From: Candidatus Hadarchaeales archaeon
GTDB taxonomy: Archaea; Hadarchaeota; Hadarchaeia; Hadarchaeales; WYZ-LMO6
Direction of reading: 5' to 3'
Length of the DNA stretch: 64,000 nt
Assembly: GCA_038851755.1 (NCBI GenBank)
Contig: JAWCKR010000003.1
Coordinates: 1-64,000, forward strand
Within the stretch, counting starts at the first letter, position 1. Every line of letters starts with the position of its first letter. Of this stretch, positions 1 to 8,903 are shown one piece after another. Below the pieces are notes generated by a model, which was not told the DNA's origin, did no database searches, and worked only from the letters and a program-made list of their open reading frames with translations. The position numbers and the translations under genes are program-made.

Positions 1-2
1 AC

Positions 3-1064
3 GTGCGCTCGCAGGTGGAGCTTGGGAATCACACCGTGGATGACCTGGGCCAACCCGAGCTGGAGTTCGTCCTTCCGGAGAGGGTGGTGGTGTTCGACGG
101 CATAAGGGGGGAGAGGATCTGCGCCGTGAACCTCCTGCCCGGCGAGGAGGGGGAGGGGGCGGAGAGGATGCTGAGGGAGATGGAGGCGGTGGAGGAAAGG
201 GGGCCGGAGGGAGGAACGGAGGGGGCGAGGGTGAGGAGCAACGTGAGCAGGAGGGAGTTCGAGCGGATGGTGGAGGAGGCCCGCAGGTACATCCACCAGG
301 GGGACGCCATACAGGTGGTCCTCTCCAGGAGGATGGAGCTGGTGCCTTCCCCTCCTCCGGAGGCCTTCTACTTCCGTCTGAGGAAGCTGAACCCTTCCCC
401 CTACCTGTTCATGCTCGATTTCCCCGGTCGTACGGTGATGGGCTCGAGCCCCGAGCTCCAGGTGAAGGTGGAGGGAGGAGAGGTGAGCGTGAGGCCCATC
501 GCGGGGACCAGGAGAAGGGGCGAGGGGGAAGAGGACGAAAGGCTGGAGGAGGAGCTGAAGTCCGACGAGAAGGAGAGGGCCGAGCACGTGATGCTCGTGG
601 ACCTGGCCAGGAACGACGTGGGGAGGGTCTCGGAGTTCGGGTCGGTGAGGGTGACGGAGTTCATGAAGGTGGAGAAGTACAGCCACGTGCAGCATCTGGT
701 GTCCCACGTGACGGGGAAACTCCGCCCTGGCGTGGATGCCCTGGAGGCCTTCCGGGCCACCTTCCCCGCAGGCACGGTGACGGGTGCGCCCAAGGTGAGG
801 GCGATGGAGATCATAGAGGAGCTGGAGCCCACGCGGAGGGGGATCTACGCGGGGGCGGTGGGCGTCTTCGGACCGCCTTCCCCTTCCCAGGAGCGTGGAA
901 CGGCGGACTTCGCCATAGCCATCCGCACGATGGTGGTGGAGGGGGGTAAGGGTTACGTGCAGGTGGGAGCGGGGGTGGTGGCGGACTCGGAGGGGTGGAA
1001 GGAATATCTGGAGACCAGGAACAAGGGCAGGGCCCTGCTGCTGGCGGCGGGGGTGGAGCCGTGA
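3..1064 (+). CDS. trpE: Anthranilate synthase component I (5' part lies outside the window)
   Basis: Chorismate-binding motifs QVVLS, NPSPY, SSPE, PIAGT, KERAEHVMLVDLARND, FPAGTVTGAPK, AIAIRT; first gene of trp cluster. Confidence 0.95.
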   Translation: MRSQVELGNHTVDDLGQPELEFVLPERVVVFDGIRGERICAVNLLPGEEGEGAERMLREMEAVEERGPEGGTEGARVRSNVSRREFERMVEEARRYIHQGDAIQVVLSRRMELVPSPPPEAFYFRLRKLNPSPYLFMLDFPGRTVMGSSPELQVKVEGGEVSVRPIAGTRRRGEGEEDERLEEELKSDEKERAEHVMLVDLARNDVGRVSEFGSVRVTEFMKVEKYSHVQHLVSHVTGKLRPGVDALEAFRATFPAGTVTGAPKVRAMEIIEELEPTRRGIYAGAVGVFGPPSPSQERGTADFAIAIRTMVVEGGKGYVQVGAGVVADSEGWKEYLETRNKGRALLLAAGVEP

Positions 1065-1636
1065 GGGTGCTGGTGATAGACAACATAGACTCCTTCGTTT
1101 ACAACCTGGTGCAGTACCTGGGCGAGCTGGGGGCGGAGCCCGTGGTGCTCACCAACCGCTCTTCCCTGCAGGAGGTGGAGAGGGCGAGACCGGAGGCCAT
1201 AGTGATCTCCCCGGGACCCAAGACCCCCTCCGACGCGGGGATCTCCGTGGAGGTGGTGAGGAGGTTCGGAGAGGAGGTCCCAGTGCTCGGCGTATGCCTG
1301 GGCCACCAGGTGATCGGCCATGCCTTCGGCGGAAAGGTGGGCCTGGCCAAGAGGATCGTGCACGGGAAGACCTCCCGGATAAGGCACGACGGGAGCGCGC
1401 TTTTCAGGGGGGTGCCCAACCCCTTCGAGGCCACCAGGTACCATTCACTGGCGGTGGAGAGGGAAAGCTTGCCTCCGGAGCTGGAGATCACGTGCGAGAC
1501 CGAGGATGAGGACAGGGAGGTCATGGGGATAAGGCACAGGGAGCTTCCCGTCTTCGGGGTGCAGTTCCATCCCGAGTCCATCCTGACCGCCCACGGGAAG
1601 AGGATCCTCCGGAACTTCCTGGAGGTGGCGGAGTGA
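1061..1636 (+). CDS. trpG: Anthranilate synthase component II (glutamine amidotransferase)
   Basis: IDNIDSFVYNL, ISPGP, GVCLGHQ, RYHSL, GVQFHPES; GTGA overlap with trpE stop. Confidence 0.95.
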   Translation: MRVLVIDNIDSFVYNLVQYLGELGAEPVVLTNRSSLQEVERARPEAIVISPGPKTPSDAGISVEVVRRFGEEVPVLGVCLGHQVIGHAFGGKVGLAKRIVHGKTSRIRHDGSALFRGVPNPFEATRYHSLAVERESLPPELEITCETEDEDREVMGIRHRELPVFGVQFHPESILTAHGKRILRNFLEVAE

Positions 1637-2688
1637 ACGCCCTCCAAAGGTGCTTGGAGAAGGTCCTGCACTCCTCGCACCTCACGGAGGAAGAGGCGGT
1701 GGAGGCCATGCGGTGCCTGATGTCTGGGGAGGCGCCACCGGCCCAGGTGGCGGCCTTCCTCACCGCCCTGCGGATGAAGGGAGAGACGGTGGAAGAGCTC
1801 TCGGCCTTCGCCAGGACCATGAGGGAGTTCAGTCTGAAGGTCAGGCCGAAGGTGGACGGGAGGCTGGTGGACACGTGCGGCACGGGAGGGGACAGGATCA
1901 AGACCTTCAACATAAGCACCGTTGCGATGTTCGTGGTGGCCGGGGCGGGGGTGCCGGTGGCCAAGCACGGCAACCGCTCGGTCACCAGCAGGGCCGGAAG
2001 CGCCGACGTGCTCGAGGCCCTGGGCGCGGTCATAGACCTTCCCCCCTCCGAGGTGGAGAGATGCCTCGAGCGGGTGGGGGTGGGCTTCATGTTCGCCCCC
2101 GTCTTCCATCCGGCCATGAAGCACGTGGCCCAGGTGAGGAGGGAAATGGGCATCAGGACGGTCTTCAATGTCCTGGGACCCCTCACCAACCCCGCCGGGG
2201 CCAGGGCCCAGCTCCTGGGAGTGTTTGAGCCAGGCCTCACCGAGAAGCTGGCCATGGTTCTCAGGGAGCTGGGCTGCGAGCGGGCCATGGTGGTCCACGG
2301 CCTGGACGGCCTGGATGAATTCTCCACCCTGGGGGAGACCCAGGTCTCGGAGCTCCTGGAGGGCGAGGTGAGGACCTTCAGGGTGAGGCCCGAGGAACTG
2401 GGCCTGGAGAGGGCCAGACCCGGGGACCTGGAGGGAGGGGGACCGGTGGAGAACGCCAGGATTCTCCTGGGGGTCCTGGGAGGGGAGAGGGGGCCGAGGA
2501 GGGACATCGTCCTCCTGAACGCTTCAGCCGCCCTGGTGGTGGGGGGGAGAATCTCGGACCTCAGGGAGGGCCTGCAGCTCGGCTCGGAGGTCCTGGATTC
2601 AGGCAGGGCGCTGGAGAAGCTCAGGGAGTTCGTTAAGGCCACGGGAGGGGACCTGGGAAGGATGGAGGAGCTGGAGGGAAGGAAGTGA
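1633..2688 (+). CDS. trpD: Anthranilate phosphoribosyltransferase
   Basis: DTCGTGGD, NISTVA, KHGNRSVTS, FHPAMK, RTVFNVLGPLTNP, GLDE. Confidence 0.96.
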   Translation: MNALQRCLEKVLHSSHLTEEEAVEAMRCLMSGEAPPAQVAAFLTALRMKGETVEELSAFARTMREFSLKVRPKVDGRLVDTCGTGGDRIKTFNISTVAMFVVAGAGVPVAKHGNRSVTSRAGSADVLEALGAVIDLPPSEVERCLERVGVGFMFAPVFHPAMKHVAQVRREMGIRTVFNVLGPLTNPAGARAQLLGVFEPGLTEKLAMVLRELGCERAMVVHGLDGLDEFSTLGETQVSELLEGEVRTFRVRPEELGLERARPGDLEGGGPVENARILLGVLGGERGPRRDIVLLNASAALVVGGRISDLREGLQLGSEVLDSGRALEKLREFVKATGGDLGRMEELEGRK

Positions 2689-3452
2689 GCGTACTGCAGG
2701 AGATCCTGGGGGAGGTCAGGAGGGAGGTGGAGAGGAGGAAAAGGGAGAGGCCCTTCGAGGGGTTCTCCCCTCCCCGCGCGAAGAGGAGCCTGGGGGAGGG
2801 CATAAGGAGGACCAAGCTCGTTCCCCTCATAGCCGAAGTGAAGCGGGCCTCTCCCTCCCACGGGGAGATCTCCCCGCATGCCGAGCCCCTGGAGGTGGGA
2901 AGGGAGATGGTGGAGGGAGGTGCCGTGGCCCTTTCCGTGCTTACGGAGCGGAAGTACTTCGGCGGGGACCCCCTCTTCCTGCGGAGACTCAGCGTTCTGC
3001 CGGTTCCCCTCCTCTGCAAGGACTTCGTGGTCGATCCTTACCAGGTGGAGGAGGCGGCCAGGCTGGGAGCCGATGCCCTTCTCCTCATCGTAAGGGTGCT
3101 GGGGGAGGAGCTGCCCTTCTTCCTTTCCCTGGTCAGAAAGGAGGGGATGGAGGCCCTGGTGGAGGTGACGGAGGAAGAGGAGCTCGAACTGGCCCTCTCG
3201 GCGGGTGCGGAGCTGGTGGGCATCAACAACCGCGACCTGGACACCCTGGAGGTGGACCTCTCCAGGACGGAGAGGCTGGCCCCCCTGGTCCCCCGGGGCG
3301 TCACGGTGGTGAGCGAGAGCGGGATAGAGACCCCCGAAGACGTGAGGAGGGTGCTGCGTGCGGGGGCTCACGCGGTCCTGGTGGGGACCTCCCTCATGAG
3401 GGCAGAGGACGTGAGGGGGAAGGTGAGGGAGCTGGTGGAGGCCCTGGCATGA
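2685..3452 (+). CDS. trpC: Indole-3-glycerol phosphate synthase
   Basis: IAEVKRASPS, LSVLTE, KDF, GINNRDL, SESGI. Confidence 0.96.
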   Translation: MSVLQEILGEVRREVERRKRERPFEGFSPPRAKRSLGEGIRRTKLVPLIAEVKRASPSHGEISPHAEPLEVGREMVEGGAVALSVLTERKYFGGDPLFLRRLSVLPVPLLCKDFVVDPYQVEEAARLGADALLLIVRVLGEELPFFLSLVRKEGMEALVEVTEEEELELALSAGAELVGINNRDLDTLEVDLSRTERLAPLVPRGVTVVSESGIETPEDVRRVLRAGAHAVLVGTSLMRAEDVRGKVRELVEALA

Positions 3453-4618
3453 AGGGGAGGTTCGGAAGGTTCGGGGGACAGTACGTGAGCGAGGTCCTCA
3501 TGCACGCGCTGGAGGAGCTGGAGGAGGCCTTCGAGAGGATCTATCCCAGTCCGGAGTTCCAGCGGGAGCTCAGCCTCCTCCTGAGGGACTACGCCGGGCG
3601 TCCCACCCCCCTCTACCACGCGAGGGGGCTGAGCGAGCTCACCGGTTGTAAGGTCTACCTGAAGAGGGAGGACCAGGTCACGGGTGGGTCCCACAAGCTC
3701 AACAACTGCCTGGGACAGGCCCTCCTCGCCAGGAGGATGGGGAAGAGCAGGCTCATCACGGAGACCGCCGCCGGGCAGCACGGCCTGGCCACGGCCATGG
3801 CGGGAAACGTGGTGGGGATGGAGGTGGAGATCTTCATGGGGGTGAAGGACATGGAGAGGCAGGCCAGCAACGTGAAGCGCATGCGCCTCTTGGGGGCGAA
3901 GGTGACCCCCGTGAGCACGGGTTCCGGGGTGCTGAAGGACGCCGTCTCCGACACCCTGAGGGAGTGGGCCAGGTGCACCAGGACCACCCACTACCTCATG
4001 GGCTCCACGGTGGGTCCTCACCCCTTCCCGGAGATCGTGGCCACCTTCCAGAGCGTGATAGGGAGGGAACTGAGGGAGCAGATCCTGGAAAGGGAGGGGA
4101 GGCTGCCCGACGCCATCGTGGCCTGCGGGAGCGGGGGGAGCAACGCCCTGGGGGCCTTCAGGGCCTTCCTGCAGGACGAGGGGGTGAGGCTCTACTTCGT
4201 GGAGGGAGGGGGGGAAGGTCTGGAGGCGGACAACAGCGCCGCGGCCTTCAGGCTGGGGAGACCTGGGGTGCTGCACGGGGCCCTCATGCAGCTCCTCCAG
4301 GACGAGCACGGTCAGGTGAAGCCCTCGAAGACCAGGGCCGCGGGGCTCAACTACCCCGGCAGGGGGCCCGAGCTCTCCCATCTCTGCGAGACCGGACGCG
4401 TGAAGGCCTGTTATGCCTTCGACAGGGAGGTCTTCGAGGCCGTGAGGACCACCTGCAGGGCCGAGGGCCTTCTCCCCGCCCTCGAGACCGCCCACGCCCT
4501 GGCCTTCCTGCTGAACCATCCCGAGGAGTTCTCCAGGGGGGAGGTGGTGGTGGTCAACTTCTCCGGGAGGGGGGACAAGGACCTGGAGACCCTCATGAGG
4601 TACTTCTATGGAGCTTGA
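3449..4618 (+). CDS. trpB: Tryptophan synthase beta chain (TrpB1 type, divergent)
   Basis: YLKRED, GSHKLNN (PLP lysine), ETAAGQHG, GPHPFP, SGRGDKD; adjacent to trpA. Confidence 0.93.
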   Translation: MKGRFGRFGGQYVSEVLMHALEELEEAFERIYPSPEFQRELSLLLRDYAGRPTPLYHARGLSELTGCKVYLKREDQVTGGSHKLNNCLGQALLARRMGKSRLITETAAGQHGLATAMAGNVVGMEVEIFMGVKDMERQASNVKRMRLLGAKVTPVSTGSGVLKDAVSDTLREWARCTRTTHYLMGSTVGPHPFPEIVATFQSVIGRELREQILEREGRLPDAIVACGSGGSNALGAFRAFLQDEGVRLYFVEGGGEGLEADNSAAAFRLGRPGVLHGALMQLLQDEHGQVKPSKTRAAGLNYPGRGPELSHLCETGRVKACYAFDREVFEAVRTTCRAEGLLPALETAHALAFLLNHPEEFSRGEVVVVNFSGRGDKDLETLMRYFYGA

Positions 4619-5417
4619 GGAGAAGTTCGAGGAGCTGAAAGGGAAGGGGGAGGGGGCCCTCATGCCGCACGTCTACTTCGGTGACCCCTCTCCAGGGTTC
4701 TCCTTCAGGCTCATCCACACCCTGGCGGAGAGCGGGGCGGACCTGCTGGAGCTGGGCATCCCCTTCTCCGACCCCATCGCCGACGGGCCCACCTTCATAG
4801 CCGCCTGCGAGAGGGCGCTGGCGGCGGGCGTGACCCCCAGGGGGTGCCTGGAGGCCCTGAGGAGGCTGAGGGGGGAGGGTTTGCGTCTCCCCGTCCTCCT
4901 CACCACCTACTACAACGTGATCTTCTCCATGGGTTTGGGGGAGTTCTGCGCTGAGGCCGGGAGGGCAGGCGCCCAGGGCCTCATCGTGCCCGACCTCCCC
5001 GTGGAGGAGGCGGGGGAGCTGCTGGAGGCGGCGGGGAGGGAGGGCCTTCACTTGATCTTCCAGGTGGCTCCCACCACGAGCGAGAGGAGGCTGGAGAGGA
5101 TCGTGGGGAGGGCCTCAGGCTTCCTCTACGTGATAGGGGTGGAGGGGGTGACGGGCGCCAGGGAGGAGGTGGAACCTTCGACGGTGGAGCTGATAAGGAG
5201 GGTGAGGAGGCGCACCTCCCTCCCTCTCCTGGCTGGCTTCGGCATCTCCCGCCCGGAGCACGTGGTTTCCCTCCTGAGGGGCGGAGCGGACGGTTGCGTG
5301 GTGGGGAGCGCCATCGCCAGGATCTACTCGGAGAGGCTGGAGGAGCCGGAGCAGACCCTTCCCGGCATCTCTCGGTTCGTGAGGTCCCTGAAGGAGGCCA
5401 CCAGGTCCCCCCCGTAA
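4608..5417 (+). CDS. trpA: Tryptophan synthase alpha chain
   Basis: ELGIPFSDPIADGP, YYN, VPDLP, GVTG, GFGIS, VVGSA. Confidence 0.95.
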   Translation: MELEEKFEELKGKGEGALMPHVYFGDPSPGFSFRLIHTLAESGADLLELGIPFSDPIADGPTFIAACERALAAGVTPRGCLEALRRLRGEGLRLPVLLTTYYNVIFSMGLGEFCAEAGRAGAQGLIVPDLPVEEAGELLEAAGREGLHLIFQVAPTTSERRLERIVGRASGFLYVIGVEGVTGAREEVEPSTVELIRRVRRRTSLPLLAGFGISRPEHVVSLLRGGADGCVVGSAIARIYSERLEEPEQTLPGISRFVRSLKEATRSPP

Positions 5418-5448
5418 ACCTTCTTTTCCCGCAGGGGGAGGGGGTAGG

Positions 5449-6087
5449 ATGGGCGTCCTGATAAAGATGTGCGGGTTCACCAGGGAGGAGGATGTGGAGA
5501 GGGCCTGCGAGCTGGGCGTGGAGCTTGTGGGCGTGATCCTCGTCCCTGGCTCCCCCAGGAGGGTTTCCTTGGAGAGGGCGAGGGAGCTCTTCAGAAAGGT
5601 GGGGGGAAGGGCGAGGACCGTGGCGGTGCTCAGGCCCGAGAGACCCGAGGAGGTGTGGGAGGTTTACCGGAGAGTGGGGCCGGAGGTCCTGCAGGTGAAC
5701 CCCCTCTTCCCCCTGCGCGAGCTGGGGAGGAGGGAAGGGGGGGAACTCATCGTCACGGTTCCGGTCCCTCCCAGCCCCGGGGAGGAAGTGTGGAGGAGGG
5801 CGAGGGAGGCGGAGGAGGTGGGGGACTGCGTCCTTCTGGACACGGCGGGCCCGCTGGGAGGGGGGACGGGGGAGCCTCACGACTGGTCGGTGAGCAGGAG
5901 GGTGCGCGAGAGCCTGAGGAAGCCCGTTTTTCTGGCGGGTGGGCTCCACCCCGGTAATGTGAAGAGGGCCCTCCGGGAGGTGAGGCCTGACGGGGTGGAC
6001 GTCTCCAGCGGCATAGAGGTATCCCCAGGGATAAAGGACGTGAAGCTCATGAGGGAGTTCGTGGAGGCGGTGAGGGGGTCCTCGTGA
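5449..6087 (+). CDS. trpF: Phosphoribosylanthranilate isomerase
   Basis: IKMCG, SPRRV, GGGTG..DW, LAGGL, GVDVSSGIE..PGIKD. Confidence 0.94.
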   Translation: MGVLIKMCGFTREEDVERACELGVELVGVILVPGSPRRVSLERARELFRKVGGRARTVAVLRPERPEEVWEVYRRVGPEVLQVNPLFPLRELGRREGGELIVTVPVPPSPGEEVWRRAREAEEVGDCVLLDTAGPLGGGTGEPHDWSVSRRVRESLRKPVFLAGGLHPGNVKRALREVRPDGVDVSSGIEVSPGIKDVKLMREFVEAVRGSS

Positions 6088-6102
6088 ACCCTCCCGGGCG
6101 CC

Positions 6103-6417
6103 TTGGTCTCCGGTTTTTTCGATGACCGCTCGGAGTACCACATCCATGGGAAGGGGGTCTACGGCCCTCTCGAGCGGTGGGCTCTGGAGAGGAGGAAAAA
6201 GGTCAGAGTGGGGGGAATCCAGGTTTACATAGCTTCGGCCGAGGACACCCTCGCCCACAAGCTGCGGGTGGGTGGCGAGCAGGACCTGAAGGATGCGGAG
6301 GGAATTTTCATAAGGCAGCGCGGGAGGCTGGATATGAGGTACCTGGAGAGGGTGTGCAGGGAGATGGGAGTGTGGAGGGAGCTGGCGAAGCTGAAGAGGA
6401 GGGTGGGGAGAGGATAG
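6103..6417 (+). pseudogene. C-terminal remnant of a nucleotidyltransferase-fold protein (DUF6036/AbiEii-like)
   Basis: IYIASAEDTLAHKL..G.EQDLKDA...LDMRYL resembles the C-terminal half of this family; N-terminal G-A/DxD motifs are absent; weak TTG start. Confidence 0.5.
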
Positions 6418-6463
6418 GCCCTCCGGCTTTTCCCCTTTTATAGCCACCCGGAGGAGGTTAGTG

Positions 6464-7819
6464 ATGCCCAGGCTCTTCGGGACCTTCGGGGTGAGGGGGC
6501 TGGCCAACGTCGAGCTTACCCCGGAGCTGGTCTACAGGCTGGGTCTGGCCCTGGCCACCCACCTGGGGAACCAGGGGGAGGTGGCGGTGGGGAGGGACAA
6601 CCGCACCTCCTCGGAGATGCTGGAGCAGGCGGTGATCGCTGGCCTGACCTCCGGGGGATGCAGGGTCCTGAAACTGGGGATGGTGCCCACGCCCGTGTTT
6701 TCCTTCGGGGTGAAACACTTCCGGTGCTCGGCGGGGGTGATGATCACGGCCTCCCACAACCCGCCCGAGTACAATGGGGTGAAGTTCTGGGAGGCCGACG
6801 GGAGCGGTTTCTCCAGGGAAAGGGAGGGGGAGATAGAGAGGCTGCTGGAGGAGGGGAGGCTGAAGAAGGTGGGGTGGAGGGAGATAGGGGGGGTGGAGGA
6901 GGCCGACGCCCTGGAGCCCTACAGGGAGGAGGTGCTGAGGAGGGTGAAGGCCCCAGAGAGGGGGCTGAAGGTGGTGGTGGACTGCGGGAACGCCGTGGGC
7001 TCCCTGGTCGTCCCCGGGCTCCTCTCCGATCTGGGCGTGCAGGTGATCTCCCTGAACGACTATCTGGACGGTACCTACCCCTCCAGGAAGCTGGAGCCCC
7101 TGCCCGAGAACCTGACCCTCCTCTCCCGCACGGTGGCCTCCTGTGGCGCTGACCTCGGGATAGCGCTGGACGGGGACGCGGACCGCTCCGTGGTGGCCGA
7201 TGAAACGGGCAGGGTGCTGATGGGGGACAGGGTCTTCGCCCTGGTGGCCAGGCACTACCTCAGGGGGAGGAGGAGGCCCAGGATCATCACCCCCGTGGCC
7301 ACGAGCTCCGTCATAGACGACGTGGCCAGGGAGCTGGGAGGCGAGGTGGTGCGCACCAGGGTGGGCGAGCCAGAGATCGTGGGTGAGTTCAAGAGGAACG
7401 GTGGAGACCTCGGAGGGGAGGAGAACGGCGGCGTCATGTTCTTCGACTGGTCCATGTGCAGGGAGGGCATCTTCACCTCCCTCAAGTTCGTGGAGGCCCT
7501 GGCGGAGAGCGGGAGGAAGGCCTCGGAGTTCGATGCCACGCTCCCCCTCTACTTCCAGGTGAAGGAGAGGGTCCCCTGCCCGAACGAGCTGAAGGGGAGG
7601 GTGATGGAGGAGCTGGTGAGGGAGTTCTCCTCTCATCCGCTGGACCGGACGGATGGGCTCAAGATCCAGACGGAGGACGGCTGGCTGCTCCTCAGGCCCT
7701 CGGGGACGGAGCCCATCTTCAGGTGCTTCGCGGAGGCCAGGACGGAGGAAAGGGCGAGGGAGCTGGCGGAGCTGGGTCTCAGGAAGCTGAGGGAGGTCAC
7801 GGGAAAGATGGCGGTCTGA
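6464..7819 (+). CDS. glmM: Phosphohexomutase (phosphoglucosamine mutase / PMM-PGM family)
   Basis: LFGTFGVRG, ITASHNP catalytic Ser, DGDADR metal loop, GGEENGG, RPSGTEP; substrate specificity is not provable. Confidence 0.85.
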   Translation: MPRLFGTFGVRGLANVELTPELVYRLGLALATHLGNQGEVAVGRDNRTSSEMLEQAVIAGLTSGGCRVLKLGMVPTPVFSFGVKHFRCSAGVMITASHNPPEYNGVKFWEADGSGFSREREGEIERLLEEGRLKKVGWREIGGVEEADALEPYREEVLRRVKAPERGLKVVVDCGNAVGSLVVPGLLSDLGVQVISLNDYLDGTYPSRKLEPLPENLTLLSRTVASCGADLGIALDGDADRSVVADETGRVLMGDRVFALVARHYLRGRRRPRIITPVATSSVIDDVARELGGEVVRTRVGEPEIVGEFKRNGGDLGGEENGGVMFFDWSMCREGIFTSLKFVEALAESGRKASEFDATLPLYFQVKERVPCPNELKGRVMEELVREFSSHPLDRTDGLKIQTEDGWLLLRPSGTEPIFRCFAEARTEERARELAELGLRKLREVTGKMAV

Positions 7820-7838
7820 AGAGGGTGGGCAACCCGGG

Positions 7839-8903
7839 TTAACCTTCCACCGATGCCACGGCTCTGCTGACCCTTCTCAGGCACTCCAGGGCGCTGTGGT
7901 AGGTGGGGAAGCCCCTGAGCCCGCACTCCGGTCCGGCGTAGGGCACCCTCTCCCTCCCGAACCTCTCCACGACCTTCCTGAGCCTTAGGGCCATCTCTCC
8001 CTCTTCCTCCAGGTACTCCTCGGCCCTCGCCCTTCCCTCCTTAATTTCCTTCCAGACCTCCCCCACCCTTTCTCCCGATCCTACCCTCTCCTCCAGCAGC
8101 CTGTCGAAGTCCGTCCTGGCTACGCTGGCTTTCAGGACCTTGTCCTTCCTCTCCAGCAGACGGGGGGTTTCTGGGGAGGAGTAGAGGGGATCCCCCACGT
8201 GGGACTCCACCGCGTCCAGGTTCTCCAGCTCCCAGAAGAGCCCGTCGGAGGTGTTGTGCAGATGGAGCAGGGTCTTCACCCCCTTCCTCCTCGCCGTCCC
8301 CAGGACCTCCTCCCAGGCCTTCAGCAGCACCTCCCTCCCCTCCGCCCCCTTGTCGAGCCTGGGATCGTCCACCCCGAAGACGGGCTCGTCCAGGGAGAGG
8401 AGTTCCACCCTGAGCCCCCTGGTCCTGAGGAGGTTCTCCGATACCATCTTGGCCAGGGGCCTGGAGAGGAGGGTGAAGAGGCTCTCGTCCCACCCCGGGA
8501 AGAGGGAAGCCAGCGTGTACGGACCGGTCACGCACACCTTCATCCTGACCTCCCCCGCCTCCTCCAGCCTGTCCCGGTGGCTGAGCAGGACCTTGAGCTC
8601 CGGCAGGACTTCCTCCCCCTGTTTCACCGAGGGCTCCTCCTCCAGCAGGTAGCCCTCCCCCCTCTTCCTCACCCCGCGCATGGGCTCCAGGAAGCTCGTG
8701 ATCATGTCGGCGAACTGGGGGTAGTTGGGAAGGGTGAGTCCGCATCTCCGTTTGTCCAGGAAGGAAGAGAGCACCGTCCTCTCGAAGTACTCCGCCTCCG
8801 GCCCGCCCTCTCCCCTGGCATATTTCTTCCTTCCCTCCTCCAGCTTTTCCTCCCCTTCCGGTGGGGGCAGGCTTCCCACATCGCAGGTCTCCAGGGACCT
8901 CAC
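7839..8903 (-). CDS. Cobalamin-independent methionine synthase catalytic-barrel-like (core MetE/UROD superfamily) protein
   Basis: DVGSLP, YPQF, CVTGPYTLA, LDEP, LHLH, GPECGL; GTG start overlaps the upstream radical SAM stop. Confidence 0.65.
   Translation of the reverse strand: MRSLETCDVGSLPPPEGEEKLEEGRKKYARGEGGPEAEYFERTVLSSFLDKRRCGLTLPNYPQFADMITSFLEPMRGVRKRGEGYLLEEEPSVKQGEEVLPELKVLLSHRDRLEEAGEVRMKVCVTGPYTLASLFPGWDESLFTLLSRPLAKMVSENLLRTRGLRVELLSLDEPVFGVDDPRLDKGAEGREVLLKAWEEVLGTARRKGVKTLLHLHNTSDGLFWELENLDAVESHVGDPLYSSPETPRLLERKDKVLKASVARTDFDRLLEERVGSGERVGEVWKEIKEGRARAEEYLEEEGEMALRLRKVVERFGRERVPYAGPECGLRGFPTYHSALECLRRVSRAVASVEG

Noticed and set aside
1099-6507. Long antisense and alternate-frame ORFs (for example 1521-3371, 3368-4663, 4981-6507 and many similar across the window)
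   Set aside because: They shadow well-supported genes, are Pro/Leu/His or Gly/Arg low-complexity, and are expected from high GC and purine-biased coding strands.
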